IMG/VR virus record: IMGVR_UViG_2974599810_000001
Span: 7,425 to 71,424 of that record
DNA length: 64,000 nucleotides
DNA from: a virus
Taxonomy: Duplodnaviria; Heunggongvirae; Uroviricota; Caudoviricetes; Demerecviridae
Strand: one strand, 5' to 3'
Numbering within the stretch: the stretch's first letter is position 1; every line of letters starts with the position of its first letter. Of this stretch, positions 55,842 to 64,000 are shown piece by piece. Under the pieces are notes generated by a model that ran no database searches, was not told the origin of the DNA, and saw only the letters and a program-made list of their open reading frames with translations. Made by a program: the position numbers and the translations under genes.

Positions 55842-56138
55842 ATGACCAAAGCTGAAATTATCGCACAATGTGAAAAATTTGGTGAGTTTTATCTTCATTA
55901 CGAGAAACTTCGTCAGAAAGGAACCACGTACCTTCAGGGTACGATGGAATTTGATCCAGCCCAAGATAAATATCTGGCTGAGCGTATTAAACGTGAACGT
56001 ATTCGTAAAGCGAAAGATGATGAGATCCTTGTCTTCTCTCGTACTAATGATAGCTTCCGTTTTATTCCTGTCGAGAAAGTCCGTCGTGTGACTAGCCTCC
56101 AATCAGAGTTAGATCGTGCTTCTCCAGTAGGCCGATAA
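55842..56138 (+). CDS. hypothetical basic protein (98 aa)
   Basis: RBS AAAGGAA upstream. Confidence 0.5.
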   Translation: MTKAEIIAQCEKFGEFYLHYEKLRQKGTTYLQGTMEFDPAQDKYLAERIKRERIRKAKDDEILVFSRTNDSFRFIPVEKVRRVTSLQSELDRASPVGR

Positions 56139-56149
56139 GAAACCAATTA

Positions 56150-56175
56150 GCCCCTATATGGGGCTTTTTGTGTAT
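56150..56175 (+). terminator. rho-independent terminator (AGCCCC..GGGGCT + TTTTTG)
   Basis: Seen directly. Confidence 0.6.
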
Positions 56176-56188
56176 TTGGGATATGTAA

Positions 56189-56497
56189 ATGAGCGAACAG
56201 GTAAATCAAAACTATGAAGGACACGTTGATGACCAGTCCATCATACTTTGGGAGAAGGAGGGAGAACAAGTAAGATTAACAGTATCTGAATTTCGTGGGA
56301 ATCTATACATGGGTATTCGTTACTGGCTTCTTGATATTAATGATGAGTGGTTTCCAACGAAATCTGGCTTCTCTTTTCCTTACACCCTAGAAACAACATC
56401 ACAGCTTTTCTATGCGTTTACACAGATTCTTAGCGAATCTGAGGTTTTACATGAAGTACAGAAACGAGCTGAAGAACTCAAAGCCAAGAATGCCTAG
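56189..56497 (+). CDS. hypothetical protein (102 aa)
   Basis: ORF; terminator hairpin GCCAAGAA..TTCTTGGC overlaps its 3' end. Confidence 0.5.
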   Translation: MSEQVNQNYEGHVDDQSIILWEKEGEQVRLTVSEFRGNLYMGIRYWLLDINDEWFPTKSGFSFPYTLETTSQLFYAFTQILSESEVLHEVQKRAEELKAKNA

Positions 56498-56524
56498 TTC
56501 TTGGCTTTTTCTTTATAAATGTAT

Positions 56525-56553
56525 TTGCTTTCAACTCAGTTTTGTTATATAAT
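56525..56553 (+). promoter_or_regulatory. conserved early promoter (plus)
   Basis: TTGCTT-17-TATAAT + leader TTTATATAAGTTGATGAGAGG. Confidence 0.6.
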
Positions 56554-56582
56554 ATTTATATAAGTTGATGAGAGGATCAATT

Positions 56583-56771
56583 ATGAACATAACACTTCCA
56601 AAAATTCAAGCAAAGTTAAACCTAGTATCAACTGCTAGAAATAACTATCTAGATAACTTTGGTGGAATCAACGATAAAGCGTACAAAGATGCGTGGTTGA
56701 AAGAAGCGCAAGAGTTAGCCGATCTCACTACTCAGTATAATAAAGAACTACAGGTAGAAATGAATGACTAA
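56583..56771 (+). CDS. small hypothetical protein (62 aa)
   Basis: ATG with GAGAGG RBS; ATGA-type overlap with the ligase N-terminal gene. Confidence 0.4.
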   Translation: MNITLPKIQAKLNLVSTARNNYLDNFGGINDKAYKDAWLKEAQELADLTTQYNKELQVEMND

Positions 56772-57735
56772 TGTAAAAGACTTTATTAAACGTTGTCAAG
56801 AAGCATATTACCAGGGAATGTCTTTAATCTCTGACGAAGAATATGATCGTCTGATTAAAAGATTTCCGTTAGAAGAAGAGATCGGGCCTAAGGGTGATAT
56901 TCCACATCTGTATCGTATGTATTCTTTACAGAAAGTTTATTATAATCGCGGAGATAAACCTCCATTTAATCCATTAGGTCAGGTAGAAACTGATAAGTTA
57001 GATGGTTGTGCGATTTCTCTGTTATATATTAATGGAGAATTTGTTCAAGCACTAACTCGTGGTAATGGTATTCTAGGGAATGATGTCACAAGCAACGTAA
57101 GATTGCTGAACATCCCTAAAAAGATTTCCCAAAAAGTACCTACTCAAATCACTGGTGAAGTTCTAATTACAAAAGAAGTAGAAAATAAACGTAACTTTGC
57201 CTCTGGTGCTATTAACCTAAAAGATAGTGATGATTTCATACAACGTATCGGAGAAGGTGGTTTAATCTTCGTTGCATATGGTATCCAGTGTTCTGCTGAA
57301 TCTGTAGGTATTACAGAAACGTATTTAAAAGATATGCTTTGGCTAGAGAATGAGAACTTCTTAACAGTTGTTAATGTGCGTTCCTTCTTTAAATGGATTC
57401 CGACGGATGGTAAAGTTGTTCGTATTAATGACAACAACAAATTTTTCCGAGAAGGCTGGACTAATAAATTTCCTCGTGGAGCATTCGCTATTAAAGAGGA
57501 TGAAGAAGGCGAGATTACAACTCTTACTAAAGTTGAGTGGCAGGTAGGGGCTTCTGGTAAAGTAACTCCAGTTGGTTATTTCGAACCGGTAATTATTGAT
57601 GATGCTACAATTGTTAAAGCGACTCTTAATAACGTTGATTATATTAACTCTCTCGATCTAGAGATCGGTTGCCAGATTCGAGTAATTCGTGCTGGTGGTG
57701 TAATCCCGTGCATAGTAGAGCGAGTATACGATTAA
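56764..57735 (+). CDS. ligA: NAD-dependent DNA ligase, N-terminal (adenylation/OB) subunit
   Basis: KxDG adenylation motif TDKLDGCAISL; NAD-ligase Ia-like N-terminus; ends before the Zn-finger/HhH/BRCT part. Confidence 0.8.
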   Translation: MTNVKDFIKRCQEAYYQGMSLISDEEYDRLIKRFPLEEEIGPKGDIPHLYRMYSLQKVYYNRGDKPPFNPLGQVETDKLDGCAISLLYINGEFVQALTRGNGILGNDVTSNVRLLNIPKKISQKVPTQITGEVLITKEVENKRNFASGAINLKDSDDFIQRIGEGGLIFVAYGIQCSAESVGITETYLKDMLWLENENFLTVVNVRSFFKWIPTDGKVVRINDNNKFFREGWTNKFPRGAFAIKEDEEGEITTLTKVEWQVGASGKVTPVGYFEPVIIDDATIVKATLNNVDYINSLDLEIGCQIRVIRAGGVIPCIVERVYD

Positions 57736-57784
57736 TACATAACCCTTTGCTACCCATCTACCATATCGGAATTATAAAGTGGTT

Positions 57785-57814
57785 ATTGACATTTTCGCCG
57801 CTTAGGTATATACT
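57785..57814 (+). promoter_or_regulatory. sigma70 promoter (TTGACA-18-TATACT) inside the ligase A/B intergenic region
   Basis: Seen directly. Confidence 0.55.
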
Positions 57815-57878
57815 ATTATCATTCAGTTGAGGGATAGAAAGTTATGGCGAGGGTAAGCAAAGTTAGTTAAAATTGTAG

Positions 57879-57907
57879 TTGCTAAATGCTTAAATACTTG
57901 CTATAAT
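57879..57907 (+). promoter_or_regulatory. conserved early promoter (plus) immediately upstream of the ligase C-terminal gene
   Basis: TTGCTA-17-TATAAT + leader. Confidence 0.6.
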
Positions 57908-57937
57908 ATTTATATAAATTGATAAGGAAGAAATTTG

Positions 57938-58708
57938 ATGAAAATCGAAATTCCAACACAATGTCCCTCTTGTGGTTCTAAGCTAGATCTTGTCAACGGA
58001 CAATTATTCTGTAGGAATAAGTCCAACTGTCCAGCGCAATCAAGTAAGTTAATTGAGAACTTCTGTACAAAAATGAAGTTAAAGGGCTTTGGCCCAAAAA
58101 CTATTGAGAAGCTGGAGCTGACGAAGATTTCAGAACTGTTTTACCTAACCGAAGAAAATTTGGTTAGAGCCGTGGGTAGCAAGGTTGCCGCTAAGTTAAT
58201 TAGCGAATTAAATACTAAAGTTCGCGGAGACATTGACTTTGGTTCAGTTCTCGGTTCTTTAGGAATCCCTCTAATTGGAGAGGTTGCAGCAAAGAAATTA
58301 TCCCAAAATTGCACTAGCTTCCACGATGTGAAGGCTGACGGCAAGGCTGGAGAAAATTATAAAGCCTGGCTAAATTCCCCACAAGGCAAGGATGTTATCG
58401 AACTACCGTGGAAATTCTCAACTGGTGCAAAAGCTAATATCATCATTACAGATGAATTAGTTGCCCAGCCAAATGGAATCGCGGTATGTATTACCGGATC
58501 TTTGCAAGATTTTGCAAATAGAACGGATGCAACAAACTATTTAGAAAGTCTAGGGTATACGGTTAAGAAATCCGTTACTAAAGACGTCAAATACCTAATC
58601 TGTGAGGATGAATCAAAACGTTCTTCCTCATCTTATAAGAAAGCCGAAACGAATGGGATAGAAATCCTGTCGATTAAAGAACTATTGGAGAAAAATAATA
58701 ATGTCTAA
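57938..58708 (+). CDS. ligB: NAD-dependent DNA ligase, C-terminal (Zn-finger/HhH/BRCT) subunit
   Basis: CPSCGSKL..C..C zinc finger, HhH-like GFGPKTIEKL, C-terminal BRCT-like ITGSL..; ATG with AAGGAAG RBS. Confidence 0.75.
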   Translation: MKIEIPTQCPSCGSKLDLVNGQLFCRNKSNCPAQSSKLIENFCTKMKLKGFGPKTIEKLELTKISELFYLTEENLVRAVGSKVAAKLISELNTKVRGDIDFGSVLGSLGIPLIGEVAAKKLSQNCTSFHDVKADGKAGENYKAWLNSPQGKDVIELPWKFSTGAKANIIITDELVAQPNGIAVCITGSLQDFANRTDATNYLESLGYTVKKSVTKDVKYLICEDESKRSSSSYKKAETNGIEILSIKELLEKNNNV

Positions 58709-59468
58709 ACTGAACTGGAACGTAGAAGGTGTAACCGAGTCTCTGAAAGCAAAAGCCACTGCTCTGGGTGTTGCTGTAATCTCCCAAGAACAAGTAGCTG
58801 CTATCGCTGCTGAACTGGCTGCTGAAACTGGCAAAGATGTTACTGCTCGCTCTGTTGGCTCTAAACTGCGTAAAGAAGGTTTTGAAGTACAGAAAGCTAA
58901 CGAAGTACAGAAATCTCCGTGGACTCCTGAGCAGGAAGCTGAACTGGTTGATTTCCTGAACGCTCATGCTGGTCAGTATACCTATGCTGAAATCGCTGCT
59001 GCTGTAGCTGGTGGTCAGTTCGGTGCTAAACAGGTACAGGGTAAGATCCTGAGTCTGGAAATGACCGCTTCTGTTAAACCAACTGAAAAAGCTGCTGCTG
59101 TTCGTTCCTTCACTCCGGATGAAGAAACTGATTTTGTTAATCAGGTTGTTGCTGGTGCTACTATTGAAGCTATCGCTGCTCACTTCGGTCGTAATATCAA
59201 GCAGATCCGTGGTAAAGCTCTGAGCCTGCTTCGTGAAGGTCGTATTGCTGCTATGCCGGTACAGGAAACTTCAAGTGCTAAAACTCGTGAAGATCTGTTA
59301 GAAGGTCTGGATCTGGTTAACATGACTGTTGCTGAGATCGCTGAGAAAACTGGTAAGTCTGAGCGTGGTGTTAAATCTATGCTGTCTCGTCGTGGTCTGG
59401 TTGCTAAGGACTATGATGGTGCCGCTAAGCGTGCTAAACTGGATGCAAAAGCTGCGGCTGCTGAATAA
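58701..59468 (+). CDS. abundant-looking DNA-binding protein with four tandem HTH-like repeats (255 aa)
   Basis: Four repeats of the type (V/I)AAIAAxxGxxxxxVxGKxLSxxRxG; very host-optimal codons (CTG, GCT, CGT, GGT); followed by a strong terminator. Confidence 0.6.
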   Translation: MSKLNWNVEGVTESLKAKATALGVAVISQEQVAAIAAELAAETGKDVTARSVGSKLRKEGFEVQKANEVQKSPWTPEQEAELVDFLNAHAGQYTYAEIAAAVAGGQFGAKQVQGKILSLEMTASVKPTEKAAAVRSFTPDEETDFVNQVVAGATIEAIAAHFGRNIKQIRGKALSLLREGRIAAMPVQETSSAKTREDLLEGLDLVNMTVAEIAEKTGKSERGVKSMLSRRGLVAKDYDGAAKRAKLDAKAAAAE

Positions 59469-59477
59469 TCTGGTAAA

Positions 59478-59515
59478 TTAAACCTAAGGGGAGGGGGCTA
59501 TGCTCCTTCCCCTTT
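59478..59515 (+). terminator. rho-independent terminator (AAGGGGAGG..CCTTCCCCTT + TTTT)
   Basis: Seen directly. Confidence 0.7.
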
Positions 59516-59550
59516 TTGCATTTAGAAGGCACGAAAGCGTGCAAAGGAGA

Positions 59551-61023
59551 ATGACCTTGTTTAACGTGCAAGCTGTAGTGTTGAAGATGCTTCTAGCTTC
59601 TGAACAGAAGCAAATAGCATTGGAAACATTCTCAAAACTGCATAAAGATCATTTTAATGACGCTTTCTCCTCAATTTACCAAGCCGTCCAGAATTATTAT
59701 AAAAAATATAACACAATGCCGTCCATTGACGCACTTATGCTTGAAGCTAATAGGAACGCCCGCCTTTCTCAAGCTCTAGTCGTCTTAGCTAACACTCAAA
59801 TTCCAGAAGTGAGCATGGAACAGGCACTTGAAGTCCTAGAAGCCGAATATACACAGGATTTATTCCTGAAACTTCTAGAAACAGATGTGCTTCAAGATTT
59901 AACAATGCTGGATCAGGGAGAAATTCTCAACCGAGTTGCCTCCCTTCACTTAAAATTAGAAGAGAAAGTAACGAATACTGGAAAAGTATTCAACGCAGAT
60001 AACATGCGTATTTTCCAGAGAGAAGAAGATACCAAACTGAACTTAATCGCTCTTGGTATTTGTAATGAGTTCGACGCTCAAATTGGTTTAGCTCGCACAG
60101 AAACGTTACTGCTTGGTGGTTGGCGTGGTACTGGTAAATCCATTATCTGTTCAAACATACAGGTTCAGCAATATTTGAATGGAGATATTGCTCCATACTT
60201 CTCAATTGAGATGAAAGAACACGAAGTATTTAGACGTAATCTAGCCATGTTAGCAGGTGTATCAGCACTAGCAATGCGTAATAATACTCTAGAAGGTGCA
60301 GCTCTGTTGAGATTAGCCAGAACTAGAGCTAGAATGTTTAATGGTGGTGAAGAGCTTTTCGATAACTTCGTTAAACAGTACACAATGGCTAAGATGAGTG
60401 ATTTCTACGATATGGAGAGTAAGCTAATAGAGGGGTATGAACTACACACTCCTATGATTATTGTTTATGACCCTGAACTGTCCATTACAACAGTTGACGT
60501 AGAATTAAATAAATTAGTTGCTAGATATGGTGATAAAGTTACAGTAGCTTTACTGGACTATATTAACCAAACCCGACTTCCAGACTCTAAAACCATTGAT
60601 ATGTATGACTGGAAAGAACAGATGGTTGTCAGCTCGTCTTTCAAATCTATCTGCCAGAAACATAACGTGGCTGGTGTAGCTCCTTACCAGATCGATCAAG
60701 ATGGTAGAACACGTATGTCAAAGGGGATTCTTGATTCCGCAGACATGGCTGCTAATCTTAATGCTGCAAAAGCTGATAATGGTCAAGGTGCTATTATGTT
60801 TGACTTCGTTAAGACTCGTTCTTCTGATAGCGTGAAGTTTATGCCTAAAATGAACTGGGAAACTCTGCGAATGGATAACACTACCAACCTAGCAATGGAA
60901 GATATATCTCAAATGGAAGCTGAGTTCGTTATCCCTATTGAGAAGGATAAGCCGGCTCAACCTAAACGTGCTAAGAAAGACAAAGCTGAAAATTCAACAG
61001 GTGAACAGGCCAGCGATATATGA
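59551..61023 (+). CDS. DnaB-like replicative helicase (RecA-fold C-terminal domain)
   Basis: Walker A GWRGTGKS; start at ATG 59551 with AAGGAG RBS (the listed start lies inside the terminator). Confidence 0.7.
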   Translation: MTLFNVQAVVLKMLLASEQKQIALETFSKLHKDHFNDAFSSIYQAVQNYYKKYNTMPSIDALMLEANRNARLSQALVVLANTQIPEVSMEQALEVLEAEYTQDLFLKLLETDVLQDLTMLDQGEILNRVASLHLKLEEKVTNTGKVFNADNMRIFQREEDTKLNLIALGICNEFDAQIGLARTETLLLGGWRGTGKSIICSNIQVQQYLNGDIAPYFSIEMKEHEVFRRNLAMLAGVSALAMRNNTLEGAALLRLARTRARMFNGGEELFDNFVKQYTMAKMSDFYDMESKLIEGYELHTPMIIVYDPELSITTVDVELNKLVARYGDKVTVALLDYINQTRLPDSKTIDMYDWKEQMVVSSSFKSICQKHNVAGVAPYQIDQDGRTRMSKGILDSADMAANLNAAKADNGQGAIMFDFVKTRSSDSVKFMPKMNWETLRMDNTTNLAMEDISQMEAEFVIPIEKDKPAQPKRAKKDKAENSTGEQASDI

Positions 61024-61910
61024 GTAGAATAACAGAACTACTTGATCTGAAAGGCATTGAATATAAAGACACAGGTGGGGACATCCTCATCTGTTGTCTC
61101 AATCCAGATCATGACGATAAACACCCAAGTTTGCGTATTGATCCTGAAACAGGTATTATGCACTGCTTGAGTTGTGGCTTCGGTAAAGGTATACCGAGCA
61201 TTTACCATTATTTTAATGAGACTCAGTACCGACAGTCCCCAAGACTATCGCAGGTACGTAAAAAGATTTCAGAGATTAGGAATGGATCTACGAATCTTGC
61301 AATTCCTGAATCTGCTTACCTTTTCGAAGGTGATTTCCGAGGTATAAGTTCTAAGACCTTGAAGAAATATTTTGCTTTCCAACACCAAGCAGACTGGGAA
61401 GGCAGAATTGTATTCCCAATCACAGATGCTGTTGGACGCAATATCCTATTTTTGGGTCGTTCTATAAACAGTTCTGCCCCTCCTAAATACTTAGTAAAAC
61501 CAAAACAAGTTTCACCACCGATTTTCCCTGTACGATATAATACTCCAGTTCTTATTCTAGTTGAAGGTATCTTTGATATGCTGAACCTAGAGGATAATGG
61601 TATAGACTATGCTTCTTGCTGCTTTGGTACACATCAGTTCACTTCAGATAACATTGCAGATAAGTTCAGTCCTTATATTATTGCTGGTGTAAAAGTTGTT
61701 GTTATCTTACTAGATAATGATGCTTCTGGTAATAAAGCTGCACAAGCATTGGCTAAGCTAATTCGTACAAAAACGCGTTTAACACCTGTAGTTGCTAACT
61801 TCCTCCTGCCTGAAGGTAAAGATCCAGGTGATTTAAACAAAGATGAAATTGATATGTTAGCAAAACGTATTGAAATTTTAGTTGCTGAATCGCTTAAAGA
61901 TTTGGTATAA
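61020..61910 (+). CDS. DnaG-like DNA primase (zinc-binding plus Toprim)
   Basis: CHC2-type Zn motif C..H..C..C; Toprim VVILLDNDASGNKAA; ATGA coupling. Confidence 0.8.
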   Translation: MSRITELLDLKGIEYKDTGGDILICCLNPDHDDKHPSLRIDPETGIMHCLSCGFGKGIPSIYHYFNETQYRQSPRLSQVRKKISEIRNGSTNLAIPESAYLFEGDFRGISSKTLKKYFAFQHQADWEGRIVFPITDAVGRNILFLGRSINSSAPPKYLVKPKQVSPPIFPVRYNTPVLILVEGIFDMLNLEDNGIDYASCCFGTHQFTSDNIADKFSPYIIAGVKVVVILLDNDASGNKAAQALAKLIRTKTRLTPVVANFLLPEGKDPGDLNKDEIDMLAKRIEILVAESLKDLV

Positions 61911-61931
61911 TATATTGGTAAGTTAGAGAAG

Positions 61932-61960
61932 AAACACTGAAGTTATACTTACTTACCAAG
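61932..61960 (+). promoter_or_regulatory. 8-bp-stem hairpin (TGGTAAGT..ACTTACCA) immediately upstream of the pol RBS
   Basis: Seen directly; function inferred only. Confidence 0.3.
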
Positions 61961-61971
61961 AGGAGATTAAA

Positions 61972-64000
61972 TTTGAAAATCGCAGTAGTTGATAAAGCTC
62001 TAAATAACACTCGTTACGATAAACATTTCCAGCTATACGGCGAGGAAGTCGATGTATTCCATATGTGTAACGAGAAGTTATCTGGTCGTTTGCTTAAAAA
62101 GCATATTACTATCGGGACTCCGGAAAACCCATTTGACCCGAATGATTATGATTTTGTTATACTGGTAGGTGCCGAACCTTTCCTGTACTTTGCGGGTAAG
62201 AAAGGTATTGGTGATTATACCGGTAAACGTGTAGAGTATAATGGATATGCTAACTGGATTGCTAGTATCAGCCCAGCCCAGTTACACTTTAAGCCTGAAA
62301 TGAAGCCAGTTTTTGATGCAACAGTAGAGAATATCCACGATATTATCAATGGTCGTGAGAAGATTGCAAAAGCTGGTGATTACCGTCCTATTACTGACCC
62401 TGACGAGGCGGAAGAATATATCAAGATGGTATATAATATGGTTATCGGACCTGTCGCATTCGACTCCGAAACCTCAGCACTATACTGTCGAGATGGTTAT
62501 CTGCTTGGTGTTTCTATGTCTCACCAAGAATATCAGGGTGTGTATATTGATTCTGATTGCCTCACAGAAGTTGCAGTATATTATCTCCAGAAAATTCTGG
62601 ATAGTGAAAACCACACTATTGTTTTTCACAACTTGAAGTTTGATATGCACTTTTATAAGTACCACCTGGGACTTACTTTTGATAAAGCACATAAAGAACG
62701 CAGGCTCCATGATACAATGTTGCAGCATTATGTTCTAGATGAGCGTCGTGGTACTCATGGCTTGAAATCTCTAGCAATGAAGTATACCGATATGGGTGAC
62801 TATGACTTTGAACTAGATAAGTTCAAGGAGGATTACTGCAAAGCACATAAAATCAAGAAAGAAGATTTCACCTATGATTTAATTCCGTTTGATATTATGT
62901 GGCCTTACGCTGCAAAAGATACCGATGCCACCATACGTTTGCACAACTTCTTCTTACCTAAAATTGAGAAGAACGAAAAACTTTGCAGTCTGTATTATGA
63001 TGTTTTGATGCCTGGTTGTGTATTTCTCCAGCGTGTTGAGGATCGTGGTGTACCAATTTCTATTGATCGCTTGAAAGAAGCACAGTACCAGTTAACCCAT
63101 AATCTGAATAAAGCTCGTGAAAAGCTGTATACTTATCCAGAAGTCGTTCAACTAGAGAAAGATCAGAACGAGGCGTTTAACCCAAACTCTGTTAAGCAGC
63201 TACGTGTTCTTCTGTTTGATTATGTTGGCTTAACTCCAACAGGTAAATTGACGGATACTGGAGCAGACTCTACAGATGCAGAAGCTCTAAACGAATTGTC
63301 TACGCAGCATCCAATTGCTAAGACTCTGCTAGAGATTCGTAAGCTGACTAAGCTGATCTCTACTTACGTTGAGAAGATTCTTCTGAGCATTGATGCTGAT
63401 GGTTGCATTCGTACTGGCTTCCACGAACACATGACTACTTCTGGTCGTTTGAGTTCTTCTGGTAAACTGAACCTACAACAGTTACCTCGTGATGAATCTA
63501 TTATCAAGGGTTGTGTAGTAGCTCCTCCTGGGTATCGTGTAATTGCATGGGACTTAACAACTGCGGAAGTTTATTATGCTGCTGTTCTATCTGGGGATAG
63601 AAATATGCAACAAGTATTTATCAACATGAGAAATGAACCTGATAAATACCCTGATTTCCACTCTAACATCGCGCACATGGTATTTAAACTCCAATGCGAG
63701 CCTCGTGATGTTAAAAAGTTATTCCCAGCTCTGCGTCAAGCAGCTAAAGCAATCACCTTCGGTATTTTGTACGGTTCTGGTCCGGCTAAAGTAGCTCATT
63801 CTGTTAACGAAGCTCTTTTGGAACAGGCTGCTAAGACAGGCGAACCGTTTGTAGAATGTACGGTTGCAGATGCTAAAGAGTACATTGAAACGTACTTCGG
63901 TCAGTTCCCGCAGCTTAAGCGTTGGATTGATAAATGTCACGACCAGATCAAGAATCATGGATTTATCTATAGTCACTTTGGTCGTAAACGTCGTCTGCAT
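61972..64000 (+). CDS. family-A DNA polymerase (3'-5' exo plus pol), 3'-partial (runs off the window)
   Basis: TTG start with AGGAG RBS; Exo I FDSETSAL, pol motif A DLTTAEVYY, motif B RQAAKAITFGILYG; not in the ORF track because it has no stop. Confidence 0.85.

Noticed and set aside
57736-57937. Group I intron or intein explaining the split ligase
   Set aside because: The spacer is only 200 nt, AT-rich, and carries two promoters and an RBS, with no intron core elements; two separately expressed genes are more likely.
59500-59550. Listed start of the helicase ORF at 59500
   Set aside because: It lies inside the terminator hairpin of the upstream gene; ATG at 59551 with AAGGAG RBS is the plausible start.

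Overview
The gene content indicates the early region of a T5-like (Tequintavirus-type) siphophage genome; this is an inference, not a database match. The window breaks into five blocks.

(1) 1-1900: small plus-strand genes, possibly the end of the terminal-repeat/pre-early block.

(2) 1900-3575: a 1.7 kb non-coding region packed with DnaA boxes, 14-mer iterons, palindromic AAATGAGAAT operator-like repeats and GC hairpins. It is a candidate injection-stop or origin-like region.

(3) 3576-45514: a long minus-strand early block. It carries HNH endonucleases, a metallophosphoesterase, a Ser/Thr phosphatase, a thioredoxin-like protein, endolysin (M15 peptidase), holin, a ClpP-like protease, dNMP kinase, a spanin-like pair, a GrcA-like glycyl-radical protein, an array of about 26 tRNA genes, a DEDDh exonuclease, RNase H, ThyA, DHFR, NrdB, NrdA and PhoH. 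Almost every transcription unit is preceded by a highly conserved sigma70 promoter plus leader element.

(4) 29655-31445: embedded in the tRNA array, a self-contained plus-strand cassette (promoter to terminator) of three low-complexity proteins (Gly/Q/N-rich, polyQ/M-rich, Cys-rich).

(5) 45858-64000: the plus-strand replication block. It encodes NrdD, a Sir2-like protein, a HAD phosphatase, tandem paralogs, a large SF2 origin-binding-like helicase, HTH proteins, a split NAD-dependent DNA ligase, a four-repeat DNA-binding protein, DnaB-like helicase, primase and a 5' part of a family-A DNA polymerase.

Several ORF-free, highly structured stretches in and around the tRNA array look like non-tRNA stable RNAs or tRNA-like elements. 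Coordinates of RNA and regulatory features are hand-derived and may be off by 1-2 nt.
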